NCBI GenBank assembly: GCA_002269645.1
Contig: NIVC01003973.1
Span: 1-33,923 of the forward strand
DNA: 33,923 nucleotides
Direction of reading: 5' to 3'
From: Macrostomum lignano
Lineage: Eukaryota
In this document: positions 8,118-33,923 of the stretch, piece after piece
Position numbering within the stretch: position 1 is the first letter of the stretch
How the letters are laid out: the number at the start of each line of letters is the position of its first letter
Notes under the pieces: generated by a model
What the model was told of the DNA's origin: nothing
The model's input: the letters and a program-made list of their open reading frames with translations, nothing else
Database searches by the model: none
Program-made: the position numbers and the translations under genes

Positions 8118-11100
8118 TGGTGCAGACTGTTTGCCTGCAATGAAAATAAAAACATTATTTGGACACTAAACAATGGAATAGTTTTGATTTTGAAATCAAT
8201 AAAAATGTTATATTAATTTTTCAAAAAAAATTTTGCTTCATATTAAAAGGAAAACTTTGTTTCTTATAGTTTCAATATATTCATTATAATCATTGATTCA
8301 TGTTTTAGCTAAATATTAAAATATAAAATACTTAAAAATAGAGTTTTGGTCTTTAACAAATTCTTTATATCATTTTATTGAAAAATAACATGCTAATAAT
8401 TTTTATTGACTATTATTAGCTTTATTTAAGTTAAATACGATACTATTAAAACTTTAAAACCTTAAAAATGGCCAAAGAAAAACTATAGTTGTAAATTGAA
8501 ATCAAAGGTTTTAGCAAATCCAACTTATCTGCAGCCCTGCAAGGTGGTTCAAAGACATAGCAAGGAGGTGAGGGTTGGCAATTCTACTAGGCCTATAATA
8601 ATCTAATATATTTATTATTATAATACAATATTATCAATACAAAAATTAAGAAAGCAAAGAAAGAATTAGGTTAGGCTTAGCTCTATAAAAATTTAAGATT
8701 TATTTATATTATTTAAATGAATATTAAGTAAACTACAATATTTAATAAAATTAAAAAAACTAGTATTGTATATATGATAACTGTGTTAGATAGCCCCCCT
8801 ATAAAAACAAAAAAATACAAATAAGCTAATAATGATATAAGTAATGCTTTCATGCTTGTGTAGCAATTATGCTAACAGTTCAGCTAACAGTACAATTTTA
8901 AAATAAAAGTTGCTTCATGATTGTATTCATAGTAAGGTCTTTGTCAATTAAAACATTCAATTGATTAGTGATTTTTTAATTCCAACTATATATTATTGTT
9001 TCTCAGGACATCTTGCTATCAAGTAATTTTCTTTTTCTAACCCCAGGTAGTTTATTTACTAATACACATTAATAAGGCACTAGCGCACTAGTATATAATA
9101 TAAGCCATAGCCAGGCCTATAAAACTTCTGTAAATCTATATTCACACTTACACTTTACTAAATAAAACTTATCAAACTTCCTCGAACTGTCGAACAAAAA
9201 AATTGTGATAATAAATATAACTTAAATTTAGTTAACTTAGTAAATTAACTTAATTCTACTTAGTTGAATCACCGCAACGCAAGAGGGCCTGAGCTCGCTA
9301 CCTTTGTTTGGAAAGCATACCCTGCACCGGCAAAATCAAAGCTAACAAAAAATTAGTCGAGGTGTGTGCGTGTTTTAAAGTTGCGCCAAATATATTCACA
9401 CGCATTGCGTAAAACACATCGTAAATGCTTGGCTATTATATTAAAATGATAAAATTTATTCAATGGACAATGGGCCATATTGAAATATTATTGCAAGCCT
9501 TTATATTTTACGAAATATTTCGTAGAACGTACATGCGTAGAATTTAGTCAAAGTGCAAGTCTGGACGGTATTGACACGCTTGGATTCTCGATCCGCATCG
9601 ACACAATCGAAGGGGGAATTGTGCCCTATCCTAGTGCCGACTAGGGAGGAGCTTTCCACTGAGTTCGCTGCCGCAAGGATTGGACCTGCTATTCCTGCAG
9701 GTTCTTTTCATCCATAAAGGCACACTTACCTGCAATTCCATTGCACTCGGGCAGCAGGCAGCTGCATGACTGCCGCGTTCATCATCATGCCTGGCCTGTG
9801 GGCTGGTTTCCCGTTGGTCCTGCTTGGTATTTCGAGTTCCGGCGCCGTATGTCAGAAAATCCTGCCAACCATTTTGGCCGATACCAAAGCTGCTTGACAC
9901 TCATGCACTCGAGACATCGTCATTCACATCACAATGCCAGATTCGGCGTCCTATAGAGATCGTGTTCCTAGGCTTTAACGGTCGAGCTTGATTGGACGGT
10001 GGAGTCGATGGGATTCCCCGTGCTCCGCATATCACTTTTGCCAACGATGATACTACGCTCGTTGCACGGCCGGCGTTCGTCATTTCTGTCAACCATCAAC
10101 AGCTTGCCACTATACATGTAATGTACTTCGCCAAGTTCATCCCCGACTTGCTCATGAAGGACACCAACTAAAGCTGGAGGAGCGAGTGTGACGCTTGCTT
10201 TCGTCTAAGGACCTGCTCACTCAATTAAATGGGGTGGGGCACATTTTGCTGAATCATGCTAGCTTTTATATATACGATCGAGTGCGCACTGGGAGAGTTA
10301 AGAGCTCTGCAATTGCTTTATTCCATTCCATTATTTAAGACACGCAGCCTCAGCACAATAATGTAAAGCTGATCTGAATCCAACTAATAACTTCAGTAGG
10401 CGTATAATCTCCAGTAGGCGTATCGCGGGAACCTCCATACCAAACTTTACAAAATTAAACTTTCTTACTACTAAATTTCATATCGCATAAAAGCTTCAGG
10501 CTTTCCCGCGAATTGGCCTTTCATAACGCCAAAAGCCATTTCGAAGACCCAACTTTGACAAAGTGAACCTAATTGAAGACGATATGCCATTATTTTCAGC
10601 TCTCTGGTACTTCGTAGAATTTTGGCGTCATGAAAGTTTTTATACTTAGCTTTTGAGCGATGTCGAGATTTTCACAACGGCTTCACCATTTTCTAGCACT
10701 CAATTTATTCCGTTTTCTAAACTGCATGCTGTTTGGATATTCTCGAAATTGACGTTTGAATCTTGTGCGATCCTTCTAGCTTAATTCTAGTGAGAAGCCG
10801 GTCTCACTAGAACCAGTGGGTCTCACTAGACCCCAGTGGGTCTCACTAGCCTCCGTGAGTAGAAATGAAATGTTCAGTTTTCAAAAAAGAATAATACATC
10901 CTTTCAGTCAATATATTCTATTTTTGAAACAGATTATGGACGATTGATCTTTGTTTAATTGATTTGTGCTTTATGATCTTATCAAATATGATTTGAATCC
11001 GCCAAACAACGATTCCGAGAGGGCTACCACAATATAACCAAATAATGCATGCATTTGTTACAGAAGTTCTCCATGATATACATAAAAAATTTATGAGTGA

Positions 11101-11288
11101 ATTTACTTCCATTGCATCGAAAGTTTTTCAAACTATGAATCTTGAATAAAATAACAAAATCAAGACGATAGAAGACGAATTTCGCCGAATCATAACGGGG
11201 TTTATATCGAATGTAGGATAGTGCAGCTAATGAAAAAAAATTGATCAATCTTCAATAAGTCTTCAGCATGCAAGAGAAACACGTGACA

Positions 11289-33318
<22,030 letters not shown>

Positions 33319-33454
33319 CTGAAAGCAGAAGTGTTAAAGATTATAAGTTGTTTTGCTATCGTAGTGCACAAAAATTGCAAAATGAAGCATTTTGTTTTGA
33401 TATCAGTTCTGAGTCAGCCCGACCTTATATTTGCCTTTCTGTAAGTGATTTAAG

Positions 33455-33923
33455 CTGCATGTCCTCGTATATCAAGGATCCCAGTGGTTCAAGCTGCATG
33501 TTCTCGAGCATCAAGGATCCAGTGGTTCAAGCTGCATGTTCTCGAGCATCAAGGATCCAGTGGTTCATACTGCATCTCCTCGTGTATCAAGGATCCCAGT
33601 GGTTCATACTGCATCTCCTCGTGTATCAAGGATCCCAGTGGCTCATATAACTGCATCTCCTCGTGTATCAAGGATCCCAGTGGTTCACACTGCATCTCCT
33701 CGAGCATCAAGGATCCCAGTAGCTCATATAACTGCATCTCCTCGTGTATCAAGGATCCCAGTGGTTCAAGCTGGCATGTTCTCGAGCATCAAGGATCCCA
33801 GTGGTTCATACTGGCATCTCCTCGTGTATCAAGGATCCCAGTGGTTCAAGCTGCATGTTCTCGAGCATCAAGGATCCCAGTGGTTCATACTGCATCTCCT
33901 CGTGTATCAAGGATCCCAGTGGT
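33455..33923. repeat. About 39-bp minisatellite TCAAGGATCCCAGTGGTTCATACTGCATCTCCTCGTGTA (two alternating variants), runs off window
   Basis: Directly visible. Confidence 0.96.

Overview
Eukaryotic (metazoan) genomic DNA rich in microsatellites and minisatellites. The style resembles a flatworm assembly such as Macrostomum, but this is inference only. About two thirds of the window (11289 to >33318, minus strand) is the 3' part of one large multi-exon gene. It encodes about 26 tandem, divergent CUB domains and ends on a CUB domain with no transmembrane segment, a cubilin-like architecture. I could reconstruct about 36 exons with matching splice phases, one GC-AG intron and several 1-nt deletions that look like long-read errors. 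Downstream on the same strand is the 5' part of a BTB-BACK (Kelch-like, IVNS1ABP-like) gene (8117 to <=5408). The left end holds a 5'-truncated Penelope-like retroelement (RT + Cys-rich + GIY-YIG) sitting inside a (GA)n tract, with a minimal hammerhead ribozyme near its 3' end. Introns contain two tRNA-derived SINE families (2 copies each, one CORE-like), a hAT-type and a Tc1/mariner-type MITE, and many unrelated tandem arrays. Several arrays carry splice-site-like motifs on the sense strand. No prokaryotic features, CRISPR arrays, rRNA or true tRNA genes were found. No database searches were run; all family calls come from recognising motifs by eye.
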